From positions 1 through 64,000 of the forward strand of contig NIVC01001211.1 of NCBI GenBank assembly GCA_002269645.1: a DNA stretch of 64,000 bases, in the 5' to 3' direction. This document shows, piece after piece, positions 50,001 through 62,327 of this stretch; position 1 is the first letter of the stretch; each line of letters begins with the position of its first letter. The notes beneath the pieces were generated by a model that was not told where the DNA came from, searched no databases, and saw nothing but the letters and a program-made list of their open reading frames with translations. Position numbers and translations under genes: made by a program. The stretch is from Macrostomum lignano. Its lineage: Eukaryota.

Positions 50001-53000
50001 GCCGGCGTATGGCCCGTCGTAGTTGTGCTGGAAGATGCACTTGTCAGCAGCGCTCTGGGCCAGCTGGGCCAGGTTGTCGTCCCATAGCTGTGTACGAGGA
50101 TAAAATTAACTGCAATGATTCTTTCGTGTCTGGAATTTACGCGTCTTGGTTAGAAAGAATTTTCGCGTCTTGGAAAGACGCTTTCTAGCAGCAACTTTTC
50201 CCGGTGCTGGAGTCCTGGTCTCGTAGTCTCGAAGCCAGTGCATATTACTGTCTACATATTAAAGACTCACCACGCCGTTCATGTCACCAGCTCTGGGCAC
50301 CACATTGCGCCTGAGGTGATTGGTAAACTGCAAGCCCTCCTGCTTCTCAGCATCGGTGAGCTGGCCCCAGCAACAGGAAGGCAGCAGCAGTATCAGCAAT
50401 GACAGCCAGTTCATCATGCTGTCACAAACTAAATGACAAATCTGTTAAAGTACTTCAGACCTTCCTGTATGACGAAGCTTCCTGTATCACCGCAATCCGA
50501 TTAGACATTTTCTTTGTCTTTTTATAGCTTTACGCAGGCCGAGCAATTAAATAACTTCTTTTGTCGAGCGCTTCTTTGACTTCCTCTACCTGCAGAATGC
50601 GAGCTCTAGTTTTTCATTAGCTTCCAACGGGTAGAAGCCGTGTCCGTGCATGCCTTAAGACTGCCGATCGGGTCTGAAAACTGCTTCCGCTCTGGAAACT
50701 CCACTGATTTGGCCTCCCGCAGCAGTCTGATTCCGGAAATGAAAAAAGCCGCCCAGAAGCAGATAATTGGCTAGTTTTGGGGGGGGGGGTTACGGGGAAG
50801 ATTGGCGCAGGTGGAGGGCGAACCAATTTCCTCAGAGTTAACTTGTCGGCATTTTTCTTTCTTTGAAGCTGTTTGATTTAGCAGCTAAGATCGTGACTCT
50901 ACTTGAAGCTCACTTGTCAGTTTTACCCTGTCTTGATACCTATTCATTAGTTTGACTTGTAAATCAATCCCGATGCCACTCATATTTTCGGATACTTGGC
51001 AGGCGGCTTGACAACGGCAACATCGAATTGGGGGTGCACATCGCCGATGTGACCCACTTTGTGAAGGCCAACTCGCTGTGCGACATTGAGGCCAGGCAGC
51101 GCTGCACCAGCATCTACTTGGCTGACAGGCGGTACGACATGCTACCACTGCTGCTGTCCGGCAACCTCTGCTCTCTGTGGAGTCAGGTGAGTGCTGCGGA
51201 TCTGACACCTGACTCAGATCTCAGCCGGATTTCAGGTATGTCTAACTCGTCACGCCCGCAGGTGGACAGGTACGCCGTGTCGGTGATTTGGGAGCTGACC
51301 CCGGACACGGAGGTGGTCAGTGTGTGGTACGGCCGCACCGTGATCCGCTCCGCCTACAAGCTGTTCTACGAGATGGCCCAGCGGATCCACGACGGCGAAG
51401 CCATGGAGACAGCCGTGCCGGACATCCCGGAGCTCGCGCCGCTGCTCAAGCGAGACCGCGACCTGCTACGCCGCCGCTTCGCCCAGCTGCGGGAGGCCGT
51501 CAGCCTATTGGTGGGCGTGGCCAACACCATCAAGGCCAGGCGGATGGCCTGCGGCGGGCTCGAGCTCGAGGGTGTCGAGGTTCAGGCCAAGTTCGCCGAC
51601 CCGGAGCGAACCCAGCTGGAGGACCTGGTGCCTAAGGCGCCTCTGCAGATGCACGAGGTGGGTCTGGACTGCCTTGTTGCTTGGGCTTGACCTGTCTCAT
51701 CTTCATCACACCTGTCTGACCCCATCTCACCTGTATCATCTTCATCACACCTGTCTCACCCCATCTCACCTGTCTCATCTTCATCGCACCTGTCTCATCA
51801 CATCTCACCTGTCTTATCTTCATCTTACCTGTCTCATCTTCATCGCACCTGTCTCACCCCATCTCACCTGTCTCATCTTCATCTCACCTGTCTCATCACA
51901 TCTCACCTGTCTCACCCCATCTTACCTGTCTCATCACATCTCACCTTAGTTCATCTTCATCATCTTCATTTCACCTGTGCCATCCCGGCACACCTGTCGC
52001 GTCCCATTTAATCCCGAGCCGCCCCACCCACAGGTGATCGCAGAGTGCATGATATTCGCCAACCACTGGGTGGCCCGCAAGATCGTGGCCTACTACCCCA
52101 GTCAGTCCTGTCTGCGGCGCCACCCTCCGCCGCGCCAGGAGTTCTTCGACTCCCTGATCCGCTGCGCTCAGGCCCGCGGCTTCACCATTAAGGCAGACAG
52201 CAACCGGCAGCTGGCCGAGTCGCTGGACAGTTGCGTGGACCCGGCCGACCCCGAGGTGAACCGCATCCTGCGCACCCTGGCCACACAGGCCATGTCCAAC
52301 GCGCTATACTTCAGCACCGGTGCCCTGCCCAGGGACCAGTTCGCGCACTACGGCCTGGCGCTGGACCTGTACACCCACTTCACCTCCCCCATCCGGCGCT
52401 ACGCCGACATCCTGGTGCACCGCTGCCTGCTGGCCGCGTTGGGCGACTCCGAGGCCGAGGACTCGCTGCTGCCCAACCAGGAGCTGGAGGCGCAGTGCTG
52501 CCTCATGAACGAGCGGCACCGGGCCGCCCAGCACGCGCAGATGGCCAGCATGCAGCTGTTCCAGTGCCTGTTCTTCAGGGCCAGGCCGCCCACCGACCCG
52601 CTCCGGCTGGTGGAGGCTGTGGTCTGCCAGGTGCGCGACTCCAGCATCGGCGTCTTCGTGCCCAGGTGAGAGGCTCAGAGCATTGCGTCCGGGTGCGGCT
52701 TACTGTACCCTCCACAGCTCTCCATGTATGCTAACACCGATGCGCTTGCTGCTCCCGAAACTCGCGAGATATTGCCTTCCTGACACATCAGAATTCTCTC
52801 TCCTACCTCTCCTCACCTGTCCCCCATCCACGCCTCCCTCTCTTCCCTCTGTCTCCCCATCCACGCCTCCCTCTCTTCCCTCTGTCTCCCCATCCACGCC
52901 TACCTCTCTCCCCTCTGTCTCCCCATCCCCGCCTCCCTCTCTCCCCTCTGTCTCCCCATTCCCGCCTCCCTCTCTCCCCTCTGTCTCCCCATCCCCGCCT

Positions 53001-54020
53001 CCCTCTCTCCCCTCTGTCTCCTCATCCCCGCCTCCCTCTCTCCCCTCTGTCTCCCCATCCCCGCCTTTCTCTCTCCCCTCTGTCTCCCCATCCCCGCCTC
53101 CCTCTCTCCCCTCTGTCTCCTCATCCCCGCCTCCCTCTCTCCCCTCTGTCTCCCCATCCCCGCCTTTCTCTCTCCCCTCTGTCTCCCTCATCTCTGCCTC
53201 TCTCTCTGTTTCCCTCTCTCCCCCCGTTTCGCTTTCACTCTCTACCTCTCTTTTTGTCTCGCTCACCTATCTGTCTAATGCCACTGACTGATGATCCCTG
53301 ATAAAGGTGAAAGCGATCTGACGCTGACAATGGTTGGTTGGAGTCTCAAGCCTCAATTGCGGTGTTTTACAAAGTGGTTTATAAAGTTGTTTACGATACA
53401 TATCGACGATCGACCCCAGTCCTTGGCAATTGGCAACCACCGCGCCCGCCCGCAGGTACGGCATCAAGGGCTCCGTGCGGCTGGCTCGCAGCGACGGCTC
53501 CGTGCTGGACGCCGGGCCGCCGGCTCGCGACCTCCGCTCAGTGCAGGCGGCGCCCCCTCCGGCCGAGGCCGCACCGGACGGCTGCGGGCCCCGCTGGATT
53601 CCGGCCGGCAGCGGTGCGAGCGTCTCCAGAGACCCCAGTGGCGGCAGCCTGCGGGTGAGCACCGGGCCTGAGCAGAAGCAGCAGGTGTACAGCCTGTTCG
53701 ACCACCTGGTTGTGCGCGTTTCCGTGGCCGAGTCACACTCGCACGGGCCCGCCCTGCAGCTGGACCTGGTTGCCAGGCTGGTTTCCAAGGACGCGGGCGC
53801 AGCCGACGCGGGCGGCGGGGGCAAGGCGGACCTGGTCAGGCAGGTGCGCGAGCGAGAGGAGCAGCAGGAGGAGGAGCGGCGCTGGGACCTGAAGCGGCGC
53901 CAGGGAGAGGAGGAGGGCGGGCAGCAGCACCTGCTGCAGAGCACGGGCACGCTGTACCACTTCCTGCTGGACACTGCGCGGCGGGACGCCAAGAGAAGGC
54001 GCGGCAGCGGCCAGGACTGA
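38083..54020 (+). CDS. DIS3L: DIS3-like exonuclease 1; exons 38083(or 38044)-38559, 39496-39866, 40741-41370, 51003-51186, 51262-51657, 52034-52665, 53456-54020
   Basis: N-terminus RVRLVREVYLRSDVPC. Degenerate PIN (YVLPD...FDNEFQ; the later acidic positions appear lost, as in DIS3L). CSD: RNRAVHGDIV, WPADSQYPNGHFVR. RNB: FSIDPVGCVDVDDTLS, GVHIADV, ECMIFAN, HYGLALDLYTHFTSPIRRYAD. All splice phases are compatible. Confidence 0.93.
38655..39430. repeat. 17-18 bp minisatellite in DIS3L intron 1
   Basis: Unit tcacagatcccttcca(t/c). Confidence 0.95.
39990..40725. repeat. 20-21 bp minisatellite in DIS3L intron 2
   Basis: Unit ccctgaccagcaaccagaaat. Confidence 0.95.
41470..42330. repeat. 21-bp minisatellite at the 5' end of DIS3L intron 3
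   Basis: Unit actctcaggtctatctctccc. Confidence 0.95.
42663..47570 (-). CDS. CAP/SCP (venom-allergen-like) - EGF x2 - unrecognised C-terminal domain, gene A, nested antisense in DIS3L intron 3
   Basis: Signal MSLALPILLLLSVAEPGSCG. CAP motifs: HNYLRR, WSPALEALA, CVFEHN, GENMY, CGHYLQIV, VGC, AVCEY. EGF-like exons (CMCEDNFYGDVCE; CICRDGFTGEYCE). Terminal exon 42772-42663 (GRQYIDKAQL...LG*) is joined in phase across a satellite-filled intron. Start codon at 47570 or 47549. Confidence 0.85.
42985..44900. repeat. 30-bp satellite with higher-order block duplications, in the last intron of CAP gene A
   Basis: Unit ccagtgtccgaatatcctagagtctgtgtg. Diagnostic variants recur at ~527 and ~359 nt spacing. 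Confidence 0.97.
46744..47063 (-). mobile_element. tRNA-derived CORE-like SINE, copy 4 (intron 1 of CAP gene A)
   Basis: cccattttacagctgggtgaactgaagcaatgcagagttaagtgtcttgctcaaggacaca...ggaatcgaacccccgatcttcaagtcgtgagtccgacgctctaatcactaggct. Confidence 0.88.
48256..50417 (-). CDS. CAP/SCP - EGF x2 - unrecognised C-terminal domain, gene B, nested antisense in DIS3L intron 3; one apparent -1 frameshift
   Basis: MMNWLSLLILLLPSCCWG signal. NHLRRNV, WDDNLAQLAQ, CIFQHN, GENVY, CGHYLQLV, MGC, VFCEY. EGF exons (CTCPLGFYGMRCE; CVCLANYRGDTCE). Frame shift at ~48644 inferred from gene A homology. Ends ...GVTTIRYE*. Confidence 0.87.
50519..50526 (-). promoter_or_regulatory. Candidate TATA box of CAP gene B
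   Basis: TATAAAAA on the minus strand ~100 nt upstream of the ATG. Confidence 0.4.
51685..51975. repeat. Imperfect minisatellite in DIS3L intron 5
   Basis: Recurrent tcacctgtctcatcttca. Confidence 0.9.
52815..53200. repeat. 33-bp CT-rich minisatellite in DIS3L intron 6
   Basis: Unit cccctctgtctccccatccccgcctccctctct. Confidence 0.93.
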
Positions 54021-54610
54021 CCCGAGACCGAGTTGCTGCCGGATATTTAGGGCATTCTACTTGCATTGCTACTGCCAGTAGGCTGATTCGAACTCGCATC
54101 GCATGCGACTAATAGAATCCTGATGATCCTGCCTGCTTCACAGCGCATTTACATCGGCCCTCTGTTTGTTTAAATAAACTTTGTTCACTACTGTGTACAG
54201 TAGTGTGCGTGGATTGCGGCCCTGACTTTGCCGCATCGATTCTGAAAACAAATCCGAGGCACTGCCACCGGCACCGGGCAATTGGTTCTTTAGAGCAGCT
54301 CAGCCTGCGCCGGCTTGCTGTTTGTTTAATCCGTGGGACGGCTTGCATGCAGCTCGCACACGGGGTGTTTTTTGTCCGATCAGCGGGGCTCATAGCGCCG
54401 TGATGAGCCGCCACTCAGCCACTTGAGCCGCCATCTATTTAACAAGCAGCGAGAGCAAACAGTGCCTGTGCTGGCCTGCCTGTGTCGCTTGTCAAAGATT
54501 ATCCCCCCGGTTCGGGAATGAGGCTGTCTGCCTCCAAGTGCCTGGCCTGGCTGCGGGCGGAGCTCAGATTTCATGGCCTGGCCAGCCTCTGCTCAGTGGC
54601 TTGCTGGATA

Positions 54611-54787
54611 ATCTCAGCCGTGCAGTTATGCAGCAGACATCTCAGCCGTGCAGTTATGCAGCAGATATCTCAGCTGTGCAGTTATGCAGCAGATATCTCA
54701 GCTGTGCAGTTATGCAGCAGATATCTCAGCCGTGCAGTTATGCAGCAGATATCTCAGCTGTGCAGTTATGCAGCAGATATCTCAGCA
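54611..54787. repeat. 28-bp tandem repeat x6
   Basis: Unit atctcagc(c/t)gtgcagttatgcagcagat. Confidence 0.95.
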
Positions 54788-56711
54788 GTCAGTCTGGCCC
54801 ATTGTGCCGTTCCAGTAGACCAGCTGGCCATAAAGCTCATCATCACCTTTACCTGTCCAGAATCTGGGCCCAGCTCCCAGCCCGCTAAGTGCGGCACGCG
54901 TTTCCCCAGAAATATATGCGCTTCATCTTAAGACGCCGGGACCGAAGCGGAGCAAAAAAGCAGTTCTCAAGAGTTGCTGTTGAAGTGCCGGTGTTGCAAT
55001 GATTTCCCGACAGTCGCTGGCAGCAGCTGACAGCGCGAGAGCCGCAAGTTTTGTCACCTGAGCCTCGTGGCGCGCTGCCGCCCCGGCCACTTGATCGCCC
55101 GTTGTTTATTGGGTCTCCCGCCCCCTCCGGGCGGTTTACTGCGCCTTGAGAGACTCGCTGACCCCCTGGGCGGTGCCACGTGGCCCCTGCCCGTCTCAGG
55201 CCGACTGGCGGTCGCCTCTTCAAATTAGCATATTCTTGCCGGGGATTTCTTGAGGACTTCGTCACGGGAATTCAACCGCAATGGCTTTCTTTCTGGGTGT
55301 CAGTTGATGTATTGTTTTATTTATGTGCGCGGCTGGCGCCTGCGAGTCTGGGGTGGCGCTCCATCGCTGGCTCTTCACGCCGAGCTCGATTCATCCGCGT
55401 CTGAGTGTCTGCTCTGATCTGTTTTTGGAGAGCCGGGGCAGCTTGAGCAGCAGTTTGCGGCAGTGCTCAGGCATGAAACGCCAGGCAGCCCTACTCAATT
55501 GAAAGCATCACTATGCCTATACCAGATAAGTCATGCCTTCTCTGAAAGTAGAGCCTATCTGTATTTATTTCAAGTTCTCCGAGTGTAAATAGAGCTCAGA
55601 ATGCGGTGTCATTGCAATGTCATCGAGGTCGGCAGCTTGAGCATCAGCCACTCTCACTGACGCCCGCACCTCACAGAGCCCTGTGCTCAGCCTCAGTTCC
55701 TTCTGTTTGTTTCCAATCGCGACCGCCCCGTGTCACAACAAACAACTTGTAGCCACCGACTCGCCTCCTACCCTAAGCCCACCTGCCCCACCTGGCCGCA
55801 CGCCAGCTACTCCGCTGTTGCACTCGCGTGACACCGCGGAACTGCTTAAGGAGGCCACGGCCGGGGTCAGGGGGGTCAGCAAACATCTTGCACAGCAGGC
55901 GGCTTTAACTTCGCTGCAGTTTGCTCAGCGGGCTCAACAACAACAACAGGTCTCTGCTCTGCAGCTCCCACCTGTCTGCCTCATCGTAATCTGCCGTCAG
56001 CCAGCCAGCTCAACTGTTTTTATCTGTCGATTCTGGCCGATCGCTCACGGGGCTCAGAGGCTGCTCAAGCTGTAATTTGAGGCCGCTCCGAAGAGCCCTC
56101 ATGCCATCACTAGGGCGAGAGCGACTCGGGCCCGCATCGTCAGCCTCCCGCGGCTTTCGCTCCGCCAAGAAGGCAAAATTGGTGTGAAGGGGCTGCGGCC
56201 GTCTACCGCACGCTGTGGGATTCTGCGAGCGCAGAAAAGCTGAGAAGGCAAAAAACGATGAAGCCATCGGGGCCGTGCATGACACCTGACCCCAGGTCTG
56301 TTGGCACCTGGGCGGGGCACCAACCATGTGGGCTGATAGTGCAGGGCCCGCAAGTCTCTTTTTAGCCACTCGAGTCTCTCGTGCCGGCAAACAGCGGAGA
56401 GCTGCGGGTTCCAAAAAGTGGCGGCCGCAAAACAGACCGCCTGCAGAGAGGCTGGGCGGAGCGGCCCGCCATGGGGGCGCTGGGGACTGCCGGAGTCAGA
56501 CGGACTTTCAAGTAGTTTTTCAACTTTGACGGAGAGACTGCAAATAGATCGGGGATTGAGCTGGGCCCGTGATTCAGCCGTTCTGTGAGGGAATCGAGAG
56601 TGGGAGAGTCGGGGGTGCAGGGAAGTGGCATGAAGAGGCTGCATGGGAAACTGTGAGCAGCTTATACTGATTTCGGTGCTCATATTTCCAGACTCGAACT
56701 GGGCGCAAATA

Positions 56712-57493
56712 GCATCTAACTGCCAAACCTAGCATGCAAACTGCCGCTCATGGCATCTAACTGCCAAACCTAGCATGCAAACTGCCGCTCATGGTATCTA
56801 ACTGCCAAACCTAGCATGCAAACTGCCGCTCATGGCATCTAACTGCCAAACCTAGCATGCAAACTGCCGCTCATGGCATCTAACTGCCAAACCTAGCATG
56901 CAAACTGCCGCTCATGGCATCTAACTGCCAAACCTAGCATGCAAACTGCCGCTCATGGCATCTAACTGCCAAACCTAGCATGCAAACTGCCGCTCATGGC
57001 ATCTAACTGCCAAACCTAGCATGCAAACTGCCGCTCATGGCATCTAACTGCCAAACCTAGCATGCAAACTGCCGCTCATGGCATCTAACTGCCAAACCTA
57101 GCATGCAAACTGCCGCTCATGGCATCTAACTGCCAAACCTAGCATGCAAACTGCCGCTCATGGCATCTAACTGCCAAACCTAGCATGCAAACTGCCGCTC
57201 ATGGCACCTAACTGCCAAACCTAGCATGCAAACTGCCGCTCATGGCATCTAACTGCCAAACCTAGCATGCAAACTGCCGCTCATGGCATCTAACTGCCAA
57301 ACCTAGCATGCAAACTGCCGCTCATGGCATCTAACTGCCAAACCTAGCATGCAAACTGCCGCTCATGGCATCTAACTGCCAAACCTAGCATGCAAACTGC
57401 CGCTCATGGCATCTAACTGCCAAACCTAGCATGCAAACTGCCGCTCATGGCATCTAACTGCCAAACCTAGCATGCAAACTGCCGCTCATGGCA
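56712..57493. repeat. 41-bp minisatellite x19, highly homogeneous
   Basis: Unit gcatctaactgccaaacctagcatgcaaactgccgctcatg. Confidence 0.98.
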
Positions 57494-57589
57494 CCGAAAT
57501 CATATGATAGCATAATATCACATGATAATTGGCGGCGCGCGTTTGCCCAGAATTATAAGCTCAAGACAGGCGCGAGCAACGCTGACAGC

Positions 57590-60500
57590 AGTGTGTCACT
57601 GGGGACCGTGAACTCCACATACAGTGTGTCACTGGGAACCGTGAACTCCACATACAGTGTGTCACTGGGAACCGTGAACTCCACATACAGTGTGTCACTG
57701 GGAACCGTGAACTCCACATACAGTGTGTCACTGGGAACCGTGAACTCCACATACAGTGTGTCACTGGGGCCGTGAACTCCACATACAGTGTGTCACTGGG
57801 AACCGTGAACTCCACATACAGTGTGTCACTGGGGCCGTGAACTCCACATACAGTGTGTCACTGGGAACCGTGAACTCCACATACAGTGTGTCACTGGGGC
57901 CGTGAACTCCACATACAGTGTGTCACTGGGGACCGTGAACTCCACATACAGTGTGTCACTGGGGACCGTGAACTCCACATACAGTGTGTCACTGGGGACC
58001 GTGAACTCCACATACAGTGTGTCACTGGGGACCGTGAACTCCACATACAGTGTGTCACTGGGGACCGTGAACTCCACATACAGTGTGTCACTGGGGACCG
58101 TGAACTCCACATACAGTGTGTCACTGGGGCCGTGAACTCCACATACAGTGTGTCACTGGGAACCGTGAACTCCACATACAGTGTGTCACTGGGACCGTGA
58201 ACTCCACATACAGTGTGTCACTGGGAACCGTGAACTCCACATACAGTGTGTCACTGGGAACCGTGAACTCCACATACAGTGTGTCACTGGGAACCGTGAA
58301 CTCCACATACAGTGTGTCACTGGGGCCGTGAACTCCACATACAGTGTGTCACTGGGAACCGTGAACTCCACATACAGTGTGTCACTGGGGCCGTGAACTC
58401 CACATACAGTGTGTCACTGGGAACCGTGAACTCCACATACAGTGTGTCACTGGGGCCGTGAACTCCACATACAGTGTGTCACTGGGAACCGTGAACTCCA
58501 CATACAGTGTGTCACTGGGGACCGTGAACTCCACATACAGTGTGTCACTGGGGACCGTGAACTCCACATACAGTGTGTCACTGGGGACCGTGAACTCCAC
58601 ATACAGTGTGTCACTGGGGACCGTGAACTCCACATACAGTGTGTCACTGGGGACCGTGAACTCCACATACAGTGTGTCACTGGGGACCGTGAACTCCACA
58701 TACAGTGTGTCACTGGGAACCGTGAACTCCACATACAGTGTGTCACTGGGAACCGTGAACTCCACATACAGTGTGTCACTGGGGCCGTGAACTCCACATA
58801 CAGTGTGTCACTGGGAACCGTGAACTCCACATACAGTGTGTCACTGGGGCCGTGAACTCCATATACAGTGTGTCACTGGGGACCGTGAACTCCACATACA
58901 GTGTGTCACTGGGAACCGTGAACTCCACATACAGTGTGTCACTGGGAACCGTGAACTCCACATACAGTGTGTCACTGGGGCCGTGAACTCCATATACAGT
59001 GTGTCACTGGGGACCGTGAACTCCACATACAGTGTGTCACTGGGAACCGTGAACTCCACATACAGTGTGTCACTGGGGCCGTGAACTCCATATACAGTGT
59101 GTCACTGGGGACCGTGAACTCCACATACAGTGTGTCACTGGGGACCGTGAACTCCACATACAGTGTGTCACTGGGGACCGTGAACTCCACATACAGTGTG
59201 TCACTGGGGACCGTGAACTCCACATACAGTGTGTCACTGGGGACCGTGAACTCCACATACAGTGTGTCACTGGGGACCGTGAACTCCACTTACAGTGTGT
59301 CACTGGGAACCGTGAACTCCACATACAGTGTGTCACTGGGGACCGTGAACTCCACATACAGTGTGTCACTGGGGACCGTGAACTCCACATACAGTGTGTC
59401 ACTGGGGACCGTGAACTCCACATACAGTGTGTCACTGGGGACCGTGAACTCCACATACAGTGTGTCACTGGGGACCGTGAACTCCACATACAGTGTGTCA
59501 CTGGGGACCGTGAACTCCACATACAGTGTGTCACTGGGAACCGTGAACTCCACATACAGTGTGTCACTGGGAACCGTGAACTCCACATACAGTGTGTCAC
59601 TGGGAACCGTGAACTCCACATACAGTGTGTCACTGGGGACCGTGAACTCCACATACAGTGTGTCACTGGGGACCGTGAACTCCACATACAGTGTGTCACT
59701 GGGAACCGTGAACTCCACATACAGTGTGTCACTGGGAACCGTGAACTCCACATACAGTGTGTCACTGGGGACCGTGAACTCCACATACAGTGTGTCACTG
59801 GGGACCGTGAACTCCACATACAGTGTGTCACTGGGAACCGTGAACTCCACATACAGTGTGTCACTGGGGACCGTGAACTCCACATACAGTGTGTCACTGG
59901 GGACCGTGAACTCCACATACAGTGTGTCACTGGGAACCGTGAACTCCACATACAGTGTGTCACTGGGAACCGTGAACTCCACATACAGTGTGTCACTGGG
60001 AACCGTGAACTCCACATACAGTGTGTCACTGGGAACCGTGAACTCCACATACAGTGTGTCACTGGGGACCGTGAACTCCGCACAGTGTGTCACTGGGGCC
60101 GTGAACTCCGCACAGTGTGTCACTGGGGCCATGAACTCCGCACAGTGTGTCACTGGGGACCGTGAACTCCACATACAGTGTGTCACTGGAAACCGTGAAC
60201 TCCACATACAGTGTGTCACTGGGGACCGTGAACTCCACATACAGTGTGTCACTGGGGACCGTGAACTCCACATACAGTGTGTCACTGGGGACCGTGAACT
60301 CCACATACAGTGTGTCACTGGGACCGTGAACTCCACATACAGTGTGTCACTGGGAACCGTGAACTCCACATACAGTGTGTCACTGGGAACCGTGAACTCC
60401 ACATACAGTGTGTCACTGGGAACCGTGAACTCCACATACAGTGTGTCACTGGGGCCGTGAACTCCGCACAGTGTGTCACTGGGGCCGTGAACTCCGCACA

Positions 60501-60890
60501 GTGTGTCACTGGGGCCGTGAACTCCGCACAGTGTGTCACTGGGGCCGTGAACTCCGCACAGTGTGTCACTGGGAACCGTGAACTCCACATACAGTGTGTC
60601 ACTGGGAACCGTGAACTCCACATACAGTGTGTCACTGGGGCCGTGAACTCCGCACAGTGTGTCACTGGGGCCGTGAACTCCGCACAGTGTGTCACTGGGG
60701 CCATGAACTCCGCACAGTGTGTCACTGGGGCCGTGAACTCCGCACAGTGTGTCACTGGGGCCATGAACTCCGCACAGTGTGTCACTGGGGCCGTGAACTC
60801 CGCACAGTGTGTCACTGGGGCCGTGAACTCCGCACAGTGTGTCACTGGGGCCGTGAACTCCGCACAGTGTGTCACTGGGGCCGTGAACTC
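57590..60890. repeat. 33-bp satellite (~100 copies) with 32- and 30-bp variants
   Basis: Unit cagtgtgtcactggg(a/g)accgtgaactccacata. Confidence 0.98.
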
Positions 60891-62327
60891 CCGCAGAGCT
60901 GCAGGCCGCTGCGGAGCATCATAAAATATGCAATAAAAGTTTTCATGCCAGACGAATTTCCGCTACTGCCAGTCAGCCCGAGCGCTCAAAACCGGGACAG
61001 AAAAAGATCGAAGATTGCGGCAGTAAATCAGGCCCAGCTACTCGCTCTCCGCTCCCTCTTGAGCTGGAGAAGAAAAGAAACTTTCCCGCTGTGTGCAGTG
61101 CAGCAGCCCCGGGCCGCTGCGGCCCCCGCCCAGCTGTCCAGGTGTTCCAATCCAGCCACCAGCCCCGCTCCCCACTCCGGAAGCGCTGTTGATTCAGTGG
61201 CCTCCGCTCAATGGGCTCGGGAGAAAATCCCCTTAATTCTGTCTCCCCAGACACCACTGAGCAAATAGCTGCAGCAGGGGATCTCAGTTGTTGTCTCCCA
61301 TTTCTGCCTGTTTTCCCTTGAGCTCCTCTTCTCGGATTCCTCCCAGCCCGTGCAGCGGTGCGGCAACGCAGGTCTGCCTCAGTTTGCAGTGCATATTGAT
61401 ATGTATATGTATGCATGTAGATATGTATATGTGTGCATGTAGATATGTATATGCAGAGCTATTAGAGATGATCATGCCGGTGAGTCTGGTCACTGAGTGG
61501 CCCTTGGTTCGCACACCTGTCAATCAGTGCCTGTCTGTCTGTCTGTCTGACTGTCACTGGCGGCCAAGAGGCCCGCATGAGCCCAGTAGGCCTCTTAAAT
61601 CTTAATTAATCCGATCGGAGTGGCCTGCAGAGTCAGAGCTCATCCGCGGCCACCCCGGAGCGCGATATCTTGGAATTAATTGGACCTCCCGGACCCGGCA
61701 GCTGGCTGTCTGGGGTACAATAAAGGTCATTGCAGAGTCTTTCTCAGAAGACACCAGAAAAGTAAGGACTCATTTTCAAAAATTGATACACCTCTGAACT
61801 GACAGCTTCGTCTCCTTGGTGGATTTGGAATTGTTCGGCCTCCAGCTGCTGCAGTTGTCCGTGAGAATCAAATACCTGCGGCACCCAAACTCAGAGCAGC
61901 TCAAAACCGTCTGTAAACTGAAGCCTGCACCCCCAAGAGTTTCCAATCCCGGTCTTCATAAAGGCCTGCCAGGCGGGAACTCTGGAGAGCCCGATTGCCC
62001 CCCCCCCAGCCGGGAGCGGCGGCGCGGATCGGCATGCGGGAGGGCGGGGCCGCAGCGGCTGAATGAAATCGCCGCTCTCGGCTGCGAGGCCCCGCCCTCC
62101 GCTCCGCTTGGCCGCTGAGAGCCCCGAATTGCCGGGGAGCCGCCACCTGCAGGAGCGAATTGAACTGCAGCTCTCAGCACTGCCTGATCCACCACACTCC
62201 ATCATTAGCGGTTTATTAATGCGCTCATAATATGATAAGGGCCGGCTGTCTGTGCTGACGGATTCATGCCCTGACGCTGCTGCTGCCTTTTATAGGCATT
62301 GCTGATTCCAGATTGAGCTGCGTGTCA

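Noticed and set aside
54109-56683. Numerous 60-190 aa ORFs downstream of DIS3L
   Set aside because: No recognisable domains, consistent codon bias or linkable splice structure.
56712-60890. CRISPR-like arrays (also 1657-2294 and 3087-3450)
   Set aside because: Units are head-to-tail with no unique spacers, there are no cas genes, and the context is eukaryotic.
60075-60890. RAG/Transib recombination-signal heptamer CACAGTG in the 30-bp variant
   Set aside because: There is no nonamer at 12/23 spacing; it arises from one variant of the satellite unit.
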